Shown here piece by piece: positions 9,538-17,390 of a stretch of 20,777 bases of DNA. The stretch lies in contig JAYZAC010000152.1 in assembly GCA_036339875.1 (NCBI GenBank), positions 1-20,777 of the forward strand, given 5' to 3'. The translations under genes were made by a program, and so were the position numbers. The first letter of the stretch is position 1, and each line of letters begins with the position of its first letter. Source of the DNA: a bacterium (GTDB lineage: Bacteria; Muiribacteriota; UBA6191). Below the pieces are notes generated by a model that did not search any database, had not been told where the DNA came from, and saw nothing but the letters and a program-made list of their open reading frames with translations.

Positions 9538-9942
9538 TTAATGTTCTTTGAGAGATCGAGCTACTAAGCCTAAACCACCGATCAATAAAACTAACATAAT
9601 AATTAAAACGTATATTGGAACTGTCTTGAAATGTACATCTAGAGTCATTAAAACACCTACAAAAATACACAATAAACTACCTATTGTAAGTGCCCAGCCA
9701 ACCCATGATTGACCATTGAAAAAAAGCCAAAAGATACCAAAACATAAGGGTATTAATGACGCTCCAAATGCCGTGATTTGTACGCCACCAAACATCATTT
9801 TCCAAGCCCAAAAGCCTGAATGAACGACAATATTGTTAGCAAGCATATAGCCGCCAATTGCCATCATAGCTAATCCACAAATGAATTCCCCTATTCCTCC
9901 TGATGTTCCGCCAGCTCCTCTTAATTTTGTATATTTACTCAT
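9538..9942 (-). CDS. Small Gly-rich 4-TM membrane protein of unknown function
   Basis: GAGGTSGGIGEF N-terminus and four hydrophobic helices. AAGGAG (9949-9954) lies 6 nt from the ATG at 9942, which favours that start over the TTG at 9945. Confidence 0.75.
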   Translation of the reverse strand: MSKYTKLRGAGGTSGGIGEFICGLAMMAIGGYMLANNIVVHSGFWAWKMMFGGVQITAFGASLIPLCFGIFWLFFNGQSWVGWALTIGSLLCIFVGVLMTLDVHFKTVPIYVLIIMLVLLIGGLGLVARSLKEH

Positions 9943-9976
9943 CAATAACTCCTTACTGTTGAAGTCTACGATATCC

Positions 9977-9982
9977 TATACT
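9977..9982 (+). promoter_or_regulatory. -10 hexamer TATACT 7 nt upstream of the EamA ATG; possible leaderless start
   Basis: TATACT-atgcaac-ATG(9990), with no SD on this strand. Confidence 0.4.
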
Positions 9983-9989
9983 ATGCAAC

Positions 9990-10871
9990 ATGTCATTCGC
10001 CATATTTCTAGCTCTAGTAGCAGTATTTTGTTGGTCTACTGTCGCCACAGCATTTAAGTTGTCATTACAAAACGTGACTCCTACGGAACTCTTATTGGTT
10101 GCGAGCTTAGTAGCATCCATATTTTTTATAATAATTTCACTTGGTCCTGCAAGATCAAAATGGAAAGTAGATCCGTGGAACTTTCGCAGATTATTTCTTT
10201 TGAGTTTGGCTGGGCTGATAAATCCTTTCCTCTATTACATGCTTTTATTTGGCGCATATGATCGTTTATTAGCTCAGCAAGCATTGGCATTAAATTACAC
10301 ATGGCCCTTAGTTTTGGTTTTATTTGATAGTCTGAGTCGACGCTCTATTCCCAAGTCAGGATTGTCGATTTGTCTGATTTTTTCTTTTGTAGGAATCATG
10401 ATAAGTTCAGGAATCTATTCCAAGTCAATTTTAGAGATAGATTTGTATGGAATTCTTCTGGCTCTATGCTCAGCATTTGTTTGGGCTTCTTATTGGGTTT
10501 TGCAAAATCGAATTCCCGGTGATGAACTTATTAATTTAACCGTTAGCTTTAGTCTATCGACAGTACTATTGTTGATAATTTTCCCATTTCCGCAGCTTGA
10601 AACATTTTCAATAATATTCTGGCCCTCATACGTAGGATTAATAGAAATGGCATTTCCTTTCTATTGTTGGTCGCTTGCTATGAGTAGAGTTAGACATACT
10701 GCTGAAATAGCATCCTTTGTTTACTTAAGCCCTGTTTTATCAACTTTATGGATTGCAGTTATTCTAAACGAACCATTACAGTTTGATTTGATTTTGGGAC
10801 TTACAATAATCGTGGTTTCGTGCTTTTTCAGCTCTAGAATTCGATCGGTGGATAATGAGGTAAATAACTAA
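9990..10871 (+). CDS. DMT/EamA family transporter
   Basis: About 10 TM segments in two repeats; motifs WSTVATAFK, LNYTWP, FVWASYW and FVYLSPVLS. Confidence 0.9.
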   Translation: MSFAIFLALVAVFCWSTVATAFKLSLQNVTPTELLLVASLVASIFFIIISLGPARSKWKVDPWNFRRLFLLSLAGLINPFLYYMLLFGAYDRLLAQQALALNYTWPLVLVLFDSLSRRSIPKSGLSICLIFSFVGIMISSGIYSKSILEIDLYGILLALCSAFVWASYWVLQNRIPGDELINLTVSFSLSTVLLLIIFPFPQLETFSIIFWPSYVGLIEMAFPFYCWSLAMSRVRHTAEIASFVYLSPVLSTLWIAVILNEPLQFDLILGLTIIVVSCFFSSRIRSVDNEVNN

Positions 10872-11442
10872 ATATTTCTAACTGATCTTCAAATAGTTGT
10901 CTGAACAACTCAGGGCTTTTAGGCTCCAAAAAGCGTAGATCTCGGGTTTTCGGATCATTAATTAAATAGTCATATAACCAGTCATCAATTTGCATTCTCA
11001 GACTTTCGCAGCGCAAAAACAGCTGAGATGGACGTTGATTATTTGCTTTCTTGCTCAGCAGGTCGAGTTCAATACCATAATTTTTGATAAGAGTAGAATT
11101 TATAATTATTATACCTTCTAGCATTCTAGGCAAAGTCAAACAATCTAAAGTGACTCTGCAGCGACCTAGTCGATCAGCCCACTCCCGTTGAGCCCTACTT
11201 AGACCTGGTTTTTTAGGGAACATGCTGAGAAAATTCGAATAATTTCTTATGCTATTTTTGAATATTTTCTGAGGTTGTGTGATTTTTAGATCTGTAACAT
11301 AACCAGCCGCATGTCTTTCAATGCCACCGGACCCGATTTCAAGGATAACGCAGGCAAAGTCGCAATACAGCAGCCATGGATGTAGGTGCACCATCTTGGC
11401 TAGCCGAGCAAACTGACCAAAGTAACTATTTCGCATTGCCAT
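10834..11442 (-). CDS. Hypothetical protein
   Basis: 202-aa ORF fills the gap between genes; no family recognised. Its 3' end overlaps the EamA gene by 38 nt. Confidence 0.6.
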   Translation of the reverse strand: MAMRNSYFGQFARLAKMVHLHPWLLYCDFACVILEIGSGGIERHAAGYVTDLKITQPQKIFKNSIRNYSNFLSMFPKKPGLSRAQREWADRLGRCRVTLDCLTLPRMLEGIIIINSTLIKNYGIELDLLSKKANNQRPSQLFLRCESLRMQIDDWLYDYLINDPKTRDLRFLEPKSPELFRQLFEDQLEIFSYLPHYPPIEF

Positions 11443-11523
11443 ATTAAAAGCATACTTGAAAACACTTTCAGTCGTATTAGTTTACGATAATTATTATTTT
11501 AAGGATTTCAAGTATCGGACAGA

Positions 11524-11546
11524 ATTAACGTAATGATTTCGTTAAT
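11524..11546. promoter_or_regulatory. Near-perfect 23-bp palindrome, candidate operator
   Basis: ATTAACGtAAT-g-ATTtCGTTAAT; 10 of 11 positions pair. Intergenic, about 80 nt upstream of the ORF starting at 11442. Confidence 0.45.
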
Positions 11547-11560
11547 GTCTTATGAATTGA

Positions 11561-11610
11561 GAAAGACAGCGGGGTTGAGAAAATTAGGTCTCAACCGCGG
11601 TGGCTGTTTC
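11561..11610 (-). terminator. Imperfect stem-loop spanning the stop codon of the 11584-12324 gene (possible terminator or 3' stabiliser)
   Basis: GGTTGAGA (11573-11580) pairs with TCTCAACC (11589-11596), extended with bulges by GAAAGACAGC / GCTGTTTC. No clean poly-U tail. Confidence 0.35.
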
Positions 11611-12324
11611 TTCTTCGTTTTTGTCGCTTTCTTTCTCGTCTGCATGATCATGGTGATCAACAGTTTCCTCTTCTAATGTTCCAAGTAAGATTGCCTTCTG
11701 ATGATCGAACTCTTCACGAGAGATAAGACCTTTATCGAGTAACTCAGCAAATTTCAAAATTTCGTCGGCCACTGGAAAATCTTGTCTAATTGGGCGTGAG
11801 CCCTTTATAAAAACCACAGCTATGCCCTCAGCACAATATTTATTCGATGACGATTGTAATGTCATACCCGGTATTTGTTGGGCATTTGAGCTGATCCAGC
11901 TAGTTTCTTTATGAATTTCAAGTTCCAATACAGCCTCACCACCTAATTTGACACATTGAAACTTTAAGTCATCAACAGCCTTATTCCGGTCTTTATGAGT
12001 TTTCGCAGAGCTAACCCTACCTAGTACCTTATAATTTCGATTTCCAGAAATCTCTTTATCTTTGATACATACTAGAGCCTCGACATTTTCTTTGAGTTCT
12101 GAATAACGATCTACGTGCACTGGAATTGTAGGTAGAAAGAATTTCACACAATCTTTACAGATGATTTCACCGCTTAATGAACATTCAAATCTTGTTCGAC
12201 CTATGAAATCAAAAGTTGCTCCGCAATTACTACATTTATTAGGGCCGCTTTCAACATAACGACGCCTAGCATACTGCAGGCCAGCCCCTGCAGCGAGTAA
12301 TGCCGATACAAATAGACCCCTCAT
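11584..12324 (-). CDS. N-terminal anchor + FYVE-like Zn finger + YbjQ-like (heavy-metal-binding fold) + SHOCT domain protein
   Basis: CSNC-x13-CSLSG-x3-CKDC; YKVLGRVS...AVDDLKFQCVKLGGEAVL...AEGIAV (YbjQ-like); ADEILKFAELLDKGLISREEFDHQKAILL (SHOCT). AAGGAGG RBS. Confidence 0.75.
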   Translation of the reverse strand: MRGLFVSALLAAGAGLQYARRRYVESGPNKCSNCGATFDFIGRTRFECSLSGEIICKDCVKFFLPTIPVHVDRYSELKENVEALVCIKDKEISGNRNYKVLGRVSSAKTHKDRNKAVDDLKFQCVKLGGEAVLELEIHKETSWISSNAQQIPGMTLQSSSNKYCAEGIAVVFIKGSRPIRQDFPVADEILKFAELLDKGLISREEFDHQKAILLGTLEEETVDHHDHADEKESDKNEEETATAVET

Positions 12325-12339
12325 GAGTCCCTCCTTAAA

Positions 12340-12882
12340 TTACAAATCTAATACTTCTATTTTAAAGTATAGAGTTGAATTTGGGGGGATTGATCCAGCT
12401 TTTCTGCTTCCATAGGCTAATTCTGATGGAATTTCTACCAAGACTGTATCGCCTTTTTTCATTTCACTGACCATCATATTCCAGCCTGGGATGACTCTGC
12501 CACCAAGATTGAAGCGAAAAGGTTGATTTCGTTGGTATGAAGAATCAAACGTGGTTCCATCAGCGAGCCATCCATGATAATGGACTGTGACTAATTGGCC
12601 TTGTTGTGCGGATGGGCCCGACCCCTCTTGCAAAAACCAATACCTAAGACCATCTAACTTGTATGTTACTAGGTTATCTACATTTGGTAAGTTTGGATGT
12701 AAGAATGAGTCAGGTGACTCCTCGGCCTTCACTTGATCTTGTTGTTTAACAACTTTAATATCAGGTGCAGGTGCTTCTGCGGGAGTTTGGGTTTGATAAT
12801 TAGTCCGTTTATGACAGGCACTAAAAATTAATGCTACAGTTGAAAGTACCAAGATTTGCGCCATGATGTTTTTCAAAGTCAT
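12340..12882 (-). CDS. FKBP-type peptidyl-prolyl cis-trans isomerase, lipoprotein
   Basis: VTVHYHGWLADGTTFDSSY, VIPGW, IPSELAYG and IPPNSTLYFKIEVL. Lipobox FSAC; AAGGAG RBS. Confidence 0.95.
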   Translation of the reverse strand: MTLKNIMAQILVLSTVALIFSACHKRTNYQTQTPAEAPAPDIKVVKQQDQVKAEESPDSFLHPNLPNVDNLVTYKLDGLRYWFLQEGSGPSAQQGQLVTVHYHGWLADGTTFDSSYQRNQPFRFNLGGRVIPGWNMMVSEMKKGDTVLVEIPSELAYGSRKAGSIPPNSTLYFKIEVLDL

Positions 12883-12906
12883 GGTTTCTCCTTTTTTTGG
12901 AGCTAG

Positions 12907-12935
12907 ATAATAACCACTTATTTACAGAAGCTCAA
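12907..12935 (-). promoter_or_regulatory. Sigma70-type promoter candidate for the FKBP gene
   Basis: Minus strand reads TTGAGC-N17-TATTAT, ending 24 nt upstream of the ATG. Confidence 0.45.
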
Positions 12936-12966
12936 GCATGGCATACAAAAATTAAGTTTTTTTACA

Positions 12967-13446
12967 TTAAATTGGTAAAAGAACATCTCCACAATTTCGG
13001 CAGCGATAGCTTTGACCTTTTAGAATTCGATTATGTCTAATTGTCGTTAATCTGTGTTCAGTGCACGAACACGAGTAGTCAAATCTTCGTATGATTCGAC
13101 TAGGTTCCGACTTAAAATCATGGCACCGGTTGGCTTTCACTTGTAGCCATTCCATGACCTTTTTGAAATCACTTCCGTGATCTAATGTTTTCCATATTTT
13201 GTAAGTGACTAGATGAGCAACCTCATGAGCCGATACTTCATGAACAAATCGTTCAGGGTCCTGTTTTGCTATTGTGGGATTAAAGCGCAATAACCACTGT
13301 CCGGGTATTGCTTGGCCCGCTTGGTGACCTTTAAGATCCATATGAATAGTTGGCTCCGCGAATGATTCTCCTGTTTTGCTGGAAACGATACTCAAGCACT
13401 CCAAGACACGATTAATAATTTTGTTTTTTAGTTGGGCTGTAAGCAC
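12967..13446 (-). CDS. sprT: SprT-family zinc metalloprotease
   Basis: AGQA...LRFN, HEVAHL, HGSDFK, CHDF, YSCSC, RHNRI and YRCRNCG. The GTG start directly follows the GST stop. Confidence 0.9.
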   Translation of the reverse strand: MLTAQLKNKIINRVLECLSIVSSKTGESFAEPTIHMDLKGHQAGQAIPGQWLLRFNPTIAKQDPERFVHEVSAHEVAHLVTYKIWKTLDHGSDFKKVMEWLQVKANRCHDFKSEPSRIIRRFDYSCSCTEHRLTTIRHNRILKGQSYRCRNCGDVLLPI

Positions 13447-14094
13447 TTAACCTGCCAAAAATCTATTTTCATCCATTATGACGTCTTTTATACCTTCCGT
13501 AGCAGATAATAGTTTCCATAACTCCTCTACCCTCTTAAATCCGCGTTTTTCCAAGCGGAAACCACCCAAAAAGGCTGCTCTGCAAAAGGCTGCGAATGCT
13601 ACGTCAGCAATGCTTAATTGGTTACCATAGATATACTTATTATGCTGTAACTGCCTATCTAGGACATCTAAAACTGTATTAGCAAGTTGTTGATCTACGA
13701 TTTTTAACAGTGCAGTATCAGTAGGTTGTTTAAGGAATCGTGGTTTGAGCACATTTTCAACGAAAAATGGACCAGCTAATTTTTGCATAAAGGCAGTATC
13801 TAAAAATTCTTCCCACCAAATAATTTGAGCTTTGTCTCGTGCGTTACCTACCATTAGCCCTGGAGACGGCGATGTATTATCTATATAAGAGCAGATCGCT
13901 GACGAGTCTGGCAAAATCCAGCCGTCCTCTTCATACGCCGGTATTTTCCCCATAGGATGAATATTACGGCGATACTCTTCGTCAATATTGAAAGGGCTTA
14001 CTTCGTCATGTTCGTACTTTATACCCTTGATAGCCAGTACCATTCTTACTTTACGAACGTACGGTGACATTCTATTACCATAAAGTTTAGGCAT
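13447..14094 (-). CDS. Glutathione S-transferase family protein
   Basis: SPYVRKV, HPMGKIP, DSSAICSYI and LSIADVA. AAGGA RBS; TATAAT on the minus strand at 14134-14139. Confidence 0.93.
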   Translation of the reverse strand: MPKLYGNRMSPYVRKVRMVLAIKGIKYEHDEVSPFNIDEEYRRNIHPMGKIPAYEEDGWILPDSSAICSYIDNTSPSPGLMVGNARDKAQIIWWEEFLDTAFMQKLAGPFFVENVLKPRFLKQPTDTALLKIVDQQLANTVLDVLDRQLQHNKYIYGNQLSIADVAFAAFCRAAFLGGFRLEKRGFKRVEELWKLLSATEGIKDVIMDENRFLAG

Positions 14095-14311
14095 AGGGAT
14101 TCCTTACATAGTTTTATGATTACAAACACGAGGATTATAACTGTTGCAGGCTTTTTATAAAACTGTCCAATACTGGAATTTACTTGCCTATTATTAGCTA
14201 AAAGCAAGTATTATTTGGATAAGAAATTACAATGAACATTATTAATCAAGGTCACAGTGACACTCCTATTTCGAGTGGATCACTCGGCATTTTTACTTGA
14301 ATGAAAATAAA

Positions 14312-15709
14312 ATGAGTAAGTTAGCAGTATTATTACATTATCATGATTTAAGAACCTCTGATCATCCTGGTCTGACAGCTATGGCTAACGAGGGTTCAAA
14401 GATTTTACCGTTATTCATCTACGATCAAAAAAATCTGCGTCGATTAGGCGGCGCTTCGAAGTGGTGGCTCAATTATGCCTTGCTGAGATTAATTAACGAA
14501 TATAAGAATCTCGGCCATTGTTTACAGCTCGTTAAAGATGACACTTTGAATGTTATCCAAGATTTGGTTACCAGTAACAAAGAGTCGGATGTTTCCTTCC
14601 ACATAAGTTACGATCCAGACCCTAAACATCGTAATCTAGTGAAGCAGATTCGAGACTTAGGTTTCGATCTAAAAATTTACAATTCGAATTACTTTTTTGA
14701 GACTGGAACTGTACTAAATCAACAGGGAAACCCATATCAGGTATTCACGCCGTTTTACAAAGCTTTGAAACAAAGAGTAGATGAGTGGTTAAGTGAATGT
14801 GAAACTCTTGATAATGCGTATGATTTCTCAGATTACCAGATCTATAATTCGGTAGATTTGGCTCAATTAGAGCTTCTTCCAAACAATGATTGGGATTCTG
14901 GAATGCAGAATTACTGGGAGCCGCCTAGGACCGCAAAATGGTACTGGAAGCGATTCTTAAATCACGTCGAGAATTATGGAAGCCTTCGAGATATCCCTGG
15001 GAAATTTGGCACCAGTCACCTGTCTCCCTATTTGGCATGGGGAGAGTTGAGTACTCGGCAATTGTACGCGTCGTTGCAAAGAAGAAGCTTATTAGATAAA
15101 TCTGAACAATGGGTTCGTCAGCTTGTATGGCGCGAATTTTCTGCAAACTTACTACACCATTTTCCCCATTTAGTTGATCGTCCACTGCGTCCTGAATTTG
15201 AAAGATTTCCTACTAGACAACAAAGAGAAGATTATGATTCCTGGAAGCAGGGTAAGACGGGTTTTCCTATTGTCGATGCAGGGATGCGGCAGTTATGGTC
15301 TACGGGGTGGATGCACAACCGAGTTAGAATGATAACGGCTTCATTTTTGGTTAAACAACTACTTCTTCCTTGGCAATGGGGAGCAGAATGGTTTGAAGAC
15401 ACACTTGTAGATTTTGATCTTTCAAACAATCTCATGGGTTGGCAATGGAGTGCGGGATGTGGAGCTGATGCAGCGCCTTATTTTCGTATTTTCAATCCAC
15501 TATTACAATCTAAAAAGTTTGATAAGGATGGATCCTATATTCGTGAGTGGATACCGGCACTTAAAGACCTTAAAGGAGGTCTAGTTCATGAGCCTGAAAA
15601 AGCCGGTTTGATATCCAGTAAACTGGACTATCCTGACCCAATGCTTGATCTAAAGGAGACACGCCAAAGAGCATTAGATGCTTATCAGCAAATGCGTGAG
15701 TTGAGATAA
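14312..15709 (+). CDS. phrB: Deoxyribodipyrimidine (CPD) photolyase, probably class III-like
   Basis: DLRTSDHPGL, GGASKWWL, YQVFTPF, TSHLSPYL, WKQGKTGFPIVDAGMRQL, WMHNRVRM and WQWSAGCGADAAPYFRIFNP. Start is either ATG 14312 or TTG 14297. Confidence 0.95.
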   Translation: MSKLAVLLHYHDLRTSDHPGLTAMANEGSKILPLFIYDQKNLRRLGGASKWWLNYALLRLINEYKNLGHCLQLVKDDTLNVIQDLVTSNKESDVSFHISYDPDPKHRNLVKQIRDLGFDLKIYNSNYFFETGTVLNQQGNPYQVFTPFYKALKQRVDEWLSECETLDNAYDFSDYQIYNSVDLAQLELLPNNDWDSGMQNYWEPPRTAKWYWKRFLNHVENYGSLRDIPGKFGTSHLSPYLAWGELSTRQLYASLQRRSLLDKSEQWVRQLVWREFSANLLHHFPHLVDRPLRPEFERFPTRQQREDYDSWKQGKTGFPIVDAGMRQLWSTGWMHNRVRMITASFLVKQLLLPWQWGAEWFEDTLVDFDLSNNLMGWQWSAGCGADAAPYFRIFNPLLQSKKFDKDGSYIREWIPALKDLKGGLVHEPEKAGLISSKLDYPDPMLDLKETRQRALDAYQQMRELR

Positions 15710-15711
15710 TA

Positions 15712-16683
15712 TTATTTTAGTGTCTTTGAAATCCAGTCTTGAGCTATGCTTGTAAATTCCCTTGGATGAGTATCAGGATAGTATCGATGTCCAACATCTT
15801 TAAACACATGCATTGTTTTTGGTCCTGCCAAGGATTCAAAGATATTCATTTGCTCAATCATTGGAGCTCGTCGGTCATCTTCACCTGCTAGTAATAGGAC
15901 TGGAAGAGTAATTTTGGAGGCCATGCTTGCAGGCTCGAATTCAAAAGCATTAAAACCATTAATCAATCCAAAAAAGTAAGTTATTCCTTGAGCTAAAGGA
16001 AAGCTTGGAACCCCCATTAATTTGAAACGATTATTTATGGTGCCGTAAAAGCTTTGGAAAGGACTTTGTATCATAAGAGCATCTACACCCATATCAGGGT
16101 TATCATGTATTGCTTTTATAATTGCTGTTGCACCCATTGAGGTGCCATATAGAATAATCTGATTGTTAGATAGATTATTCTTGGCGAATTTGACACTTGC
16201 GACTACATCGAAAGATTCTGTCCATCCAATACTGCTGGTATCCCCTGAACTGTCTCCGGAACCATGAAAATCGATCAGTAGAAAAGCGTATCCGTATTTC
16301 GATAGAAGCTCAACAGTCTTCATTACTTGTTCTTTACGCCCACAGTATCCATGAAACAGAATGATCAATGCATGATTTGCTTCTTTGGCGGGTATGTACC
16401 AACTATGAATTTTATGCCCACTTTCAGATTCAAACTGATAGGTTTGATATTCGAAACCAAACTCTTTTGGACTTCTCTCATTTTCAGGCCTCTTTTTCTT
16501 TAGACCGGTGATCATTACATCTATCGTATCCATCAAACTCATTTCTGAAAATTTTGGACTTGGTTTGATATCAGAATAAAATTGAGTCATTGATTTTGCG
16601 TTGTTGTAGCTTACATAAATGATAAATGCTATCAAAATCGTACTTAGAATAAATAAAAGACTCAGGACTCGTTTTAATGTCAT
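15712..16683 (-). CDS. Membrane-anchored alpha/beta hydrolase
   Basis: N-terminal TM; LFHGY, DFHGSGDS, nucleophile motif GTSMG, GEDDRR (Asp) and VGH (His). ATGA overlap with the upstream gene. Confidence 0.9.
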   Translation of the reverse strand: MTLKRVLSLLFILSTILIAFIIYVSYNNAKSMTQFYSDIKPSPKFSEMSLMDTIDVMITGLKKKRPENERSPKEFGFEYQTYQFESESGHKIHSWYIPAKEANHALIILFHGYCGRKEQVMKTVELLSKYGYAFLLIDFHGSGDSSGDTSSIGWTESFDVVASVKFAKNNLSNNQIILYGTSMGATAIIKAIHDNPDMGVDALMIQSPFQSFYGTINNRFKLMGVPSFPLAQGITYFFGLINGFNAFEFEPASMASKITLPVLLLAGEDDRRAPMIEQMNIFESLAGPKTMHVFKDVGHRYYPDTHPREFTSIAQDWISKTLK

Positions 16684-17390
16684 AAACCAAACTCTTCTGG
16701 ATGAATAATACCTTCTTGAATTACCTTGTAAAAATGTCTATGGGTTGTGTGTAAGGGATGATTAGACGCTACATATTTTACATTTGGATCACTTTTCAAA
16801 CTAAAATAGTTTGAACCTTCAATTTCATCAAGAAAATTCGGGAGCACTCTGAGATGTAATGCATCAAAAATAAACTTAAAGTAAATTTGATACTTTCCTT
16901 TTTGTGTTTTGATCGTTCTCAAATCTATTTTAATAAATTCAATAAATTCATATTTTTTAGAAAAATGTTTCAGTTGATTTCGAGCCGCTATTTTTAGTTC
17001 TGGGTCAGTTGTATCATATTTAGGATTAAAGTTTCTAAATACTGACTTATACTGGGGTATCAAAGTTTTACTCTTAGTCAACTTATTACGATGATGTATT
17101 TTTTTTAGTTCACGGTTGTATCTAACGGATGGGTAAAGATCCTTAATGAATCTATAATCGTATAAAGGCGCATAGCGCTCTTTAGTTATTTGTAACCTTA
17201 AATAGTTGACGCCGTATTCAATGAATGGTGGTTTTCCTATGTGTTTTGGATCAATTTTTCCATGACACATTCGACAATCTCGTTGAGTCTCATTGGCCAT
17301 TTTGACACTAGACTCAGCAGATATATATATACACATAAACAGAATACAAAAAATTGCTATAGTTTTTAAATTCAAAGATAAATCTCCCAT
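16680..17390 (-). CDS. Exported/anchored protein with a single CxxCH heme-c motif
   Basis: Hydrophobic N-terminus followed by CRMCH (nt 17262-17276). The remainder is Lys/Tyr/Phe-rich and unassigned. Confidence 0.6.
   Translation of the reverse strand: MGDLSLNLKTIAIFCILFMCIYISAESSVKMANETQRDCRMCHGKIDPKHIGKPPFIEYGVNYLRLQITKERYAPLYDYRFIKDLYPSVRYNRELKKIHHRNKLTKSKTLIPQYKSVFRNFNPKYDTTDPELKIAARNQLKHFSKKYEFIEFIKIDLRTIKTQKGKYQIYFKFIFDALHLRVLPNFLDEIEGSNYFSLKSDPNVKYVASNHPLHTTHRHFYKVIQEGIIHPEEFGL

Noticed and set aside
5170..9670. Short ORFs 5170-5370, 7105-7317, 7750-7947 and 9473-9670
   Set aside because: They lie within or across better-supported genes and show no protein-family features.
12888..12902. 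CTCC-A7-GGAG hairpin over the FKBP SD (RNA thermometer idea)
   Set aside because: Only 4 bp, too weak to support.
14174..14187. Sigma54-like TGG...TTGC upstream of phrB
   Set aside because: GG-to-GC spacing is 9 nt instead of the required 10.
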